Assembly: GCA_943789275.1 (NCBI GenBank)
Contig: CALSTM010000002.1
Coordinates: forward strand, 210,001 to 242,000
DNA: 32,000 bases
Origin: Candidatus Poseidoniaceae archaeon
GTDB taxonomy: Archaea > Thermoplasmatota > Poseidoniia > Poseidoniales > Poseidoniaceae
Direction of reading: 5' to 3'
Shown here one piece after another: positions 31,207-32,000 of the stretch (its first letter is position 1; every line of letters starts with the position of its first letter). A program made the position numbers and the translations under genes. The notes under the pieces were generated by a model. That model worked only from the letters and a program-made list of their open reading frames with translations, had not been told where the DNA came from and did not search any database.

Positions 31207-32000
31207 ATGGTGAACAATGTTCCTCGCCCACCGACCCCTGTAAACGAACCTGTACTCGGCTACCTTCCTGGCAGCCCAGAGCGTGCAGCACTCAAGGCTG
31301 AAATCGCTCGACAAGAAAGCGAAATTATAGAAATACCGTGCATCATCAACGGTAAGGAAGTCTTCACCGGTGATGTGGTTGAGCAAGTCATGCCTCACGA
31401 CCACAGCCACGTCATTGCTCGAGTCCACATGGCTACAAAAGCCAACGTCGAAGAAGCCATTCAAGCATCACTCGACGCACACGACATGTGGTCGACCATG
31501 CCCTGGGAAGCCCGTGCTGCGATCTTCTTGAAAGCAAGCGAACTCTTGGCTGGTGAATACCGAGCGCAAATCAATGCCAGCACCATGCTCAACCAATCGA
31601 AAACTTGCCACCAAGCAGAAATTGATTCCGCATGTGAACTCATTGACTTCTGGAGATTCAATACCGTTTATGCACGGGAAATTTACGAAGATATGCAACC
31701 GCCTGTTTCACCTTCAAGCATGTGGAACTCCAGCGAAGTTCGTCCTTTGGAGGGCTTTGTCTTCTCTGTAACGCCATTTAACTTCTCAAGCATCGCTGCA
31801 AACCTACCATCAAGTATGGCCATCATGGGGAATACTGGCGTATGGAAACCAAGCCGTAACTCGTATGTATCCAATTACTTACTTATGCGGCTGATGATGG
31901 ATGCCGGTCTTCCTGCAGGCGTCATCAACTTCATCCCAGGTAAAGCAAGCATGGTTGGCGATACCGTACTTGCTCACCCAATGCTGGCTGGAATTCACTT
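31207..32000 (+). CDS. 1-pyrroline-5-carboxylate (glutamate-gamma-semialdehyde) dehydrogenase, aldehyde dehydrogenase superfamily (partial; continues beyond window end)
   Basis: Not in the ORF track (no stop in the window). Hand translation from ATG 31207: MVNNVPRPPTPVNEPVLGYLPGSPERAALKAEIARQESEIIEIPCIINGKEVFTG...EGFVFSVTPFNFSSIAANLPSSMAIMGNTGVWKPS...AGLPAGVINFIPG, the pattern of P5CDH-type ALDHs. Confidence 0.88.
   Translation, partial: MVNNVPRPPTPVNEPVLGYLPGSPERAALKAEIARQESEIIEIPCIINGKEVFTGDVVEQVMPHDHSHVIARVHMATKANVEEAIQASLDAHDMWSTMPWEARAAIFLKASELLAGEYRAQINASTMLNQSKTCHQAEIDSACELIDFWRFNTVYAREIYEDMQPPVSPSSMWNSSEVRPLEGFVFSVTPFNFSSIAANLPSSMAIMGNTGVWKPSRNSYVSNYLLMRLMMDAGLPAGVINFIPGKASMVGDTVLAHPMLAGIH

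Noticed and set aside
1-32000. Search by eye for CRISPR arrays, IS elements, integrases, toxin-antitoxin or other defence genes, and rRNA
   Set aside because: No regularly spaced direct repeats, no terminal inverted repeats flanking a transposase-like ORF, and no recognisable defence or mobile-element proteins. Every long ORF is accounted for by the features listed.

Overview
Archaeal chromosome segment. It carries archaea/eukaryote-only ribosomal proteins (eL19, eL32, eS4, eL41), aSUI1 and RNase P Rpp29 inside the ribosomal cluster, a thermosome, Hef, and a tRNA with a long spliceosome-independent intron. Coding density is high, and GGAGGTGA-type Shine-Dalgarno motifs precede most genes. The mix of huge anchored surface proteins, an anchored subtilase and moderate GC looks like a planktonic euryarchaeote (Marine Group II-like), but that is only a guess.

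Layout:
- 1-11751 (-): a complete S10/spc-type ribosomal protein operon, from rpl3 at the promoter-proximal end (11751) down to rpl30 (runs off the window at 1). Stop/start overlaps of 1-4 nt occur at about half of the junctions (7 ATGA or TGATG overlaps); the remaining gaps are 1-22 nt. A GC-rich, helically nested ~230-nt leader precedes it (11752-11990).
- 12127-14796 (+): Hef helicase/nuclease.
- 14797-17634 (-): the most unusual element. It is a two-gene module made of an HdrB/SdhE-like protein and a ferredoxin-flavodoxin-SdhB-like fusion. The SdhB-like and HdrB-like parts have lost essentially all Fe-S cysteine ligands, yet remain long intact ORFs.
- 17779-19401 (-): thermosome.
- 19473-28424 (-): an envelope/proteolysis block. 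It holds a 1142-aa anchored surface protein, two unknown membrane proteins, an aminotransferase and a membrane-anchored subtilase.
- 28600-28910 (-): tRNA-Trp(CCA), whose 109-nt intron is a complete box C/D guide RNA aimed at its own C34 and U39. A 35-codon eL41 gene missed by the ORF track sits immediately upstream.
- 29182-32000 (+): membrane-anchored NAPE-PLD-like metallo-beta-lactamase-fold hydrolase, MsrA, and the 5' part of a P5C dehydrogenase.

No rRNA, CRISPR array, transposase or integrase was seen. Three genes are absent from the ORF track and were found by hand translation: uS14, eL41 and the edge-truncated uL30, plus the edge-truncated P5C dehydrogenase. Several ORF-track N-termini are GTG/TTG read-through artefacts and were trimmed to the SD-preceded ATG. 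All homology statements rest on my reading of motifs and remembered family sequences, not on database searches.
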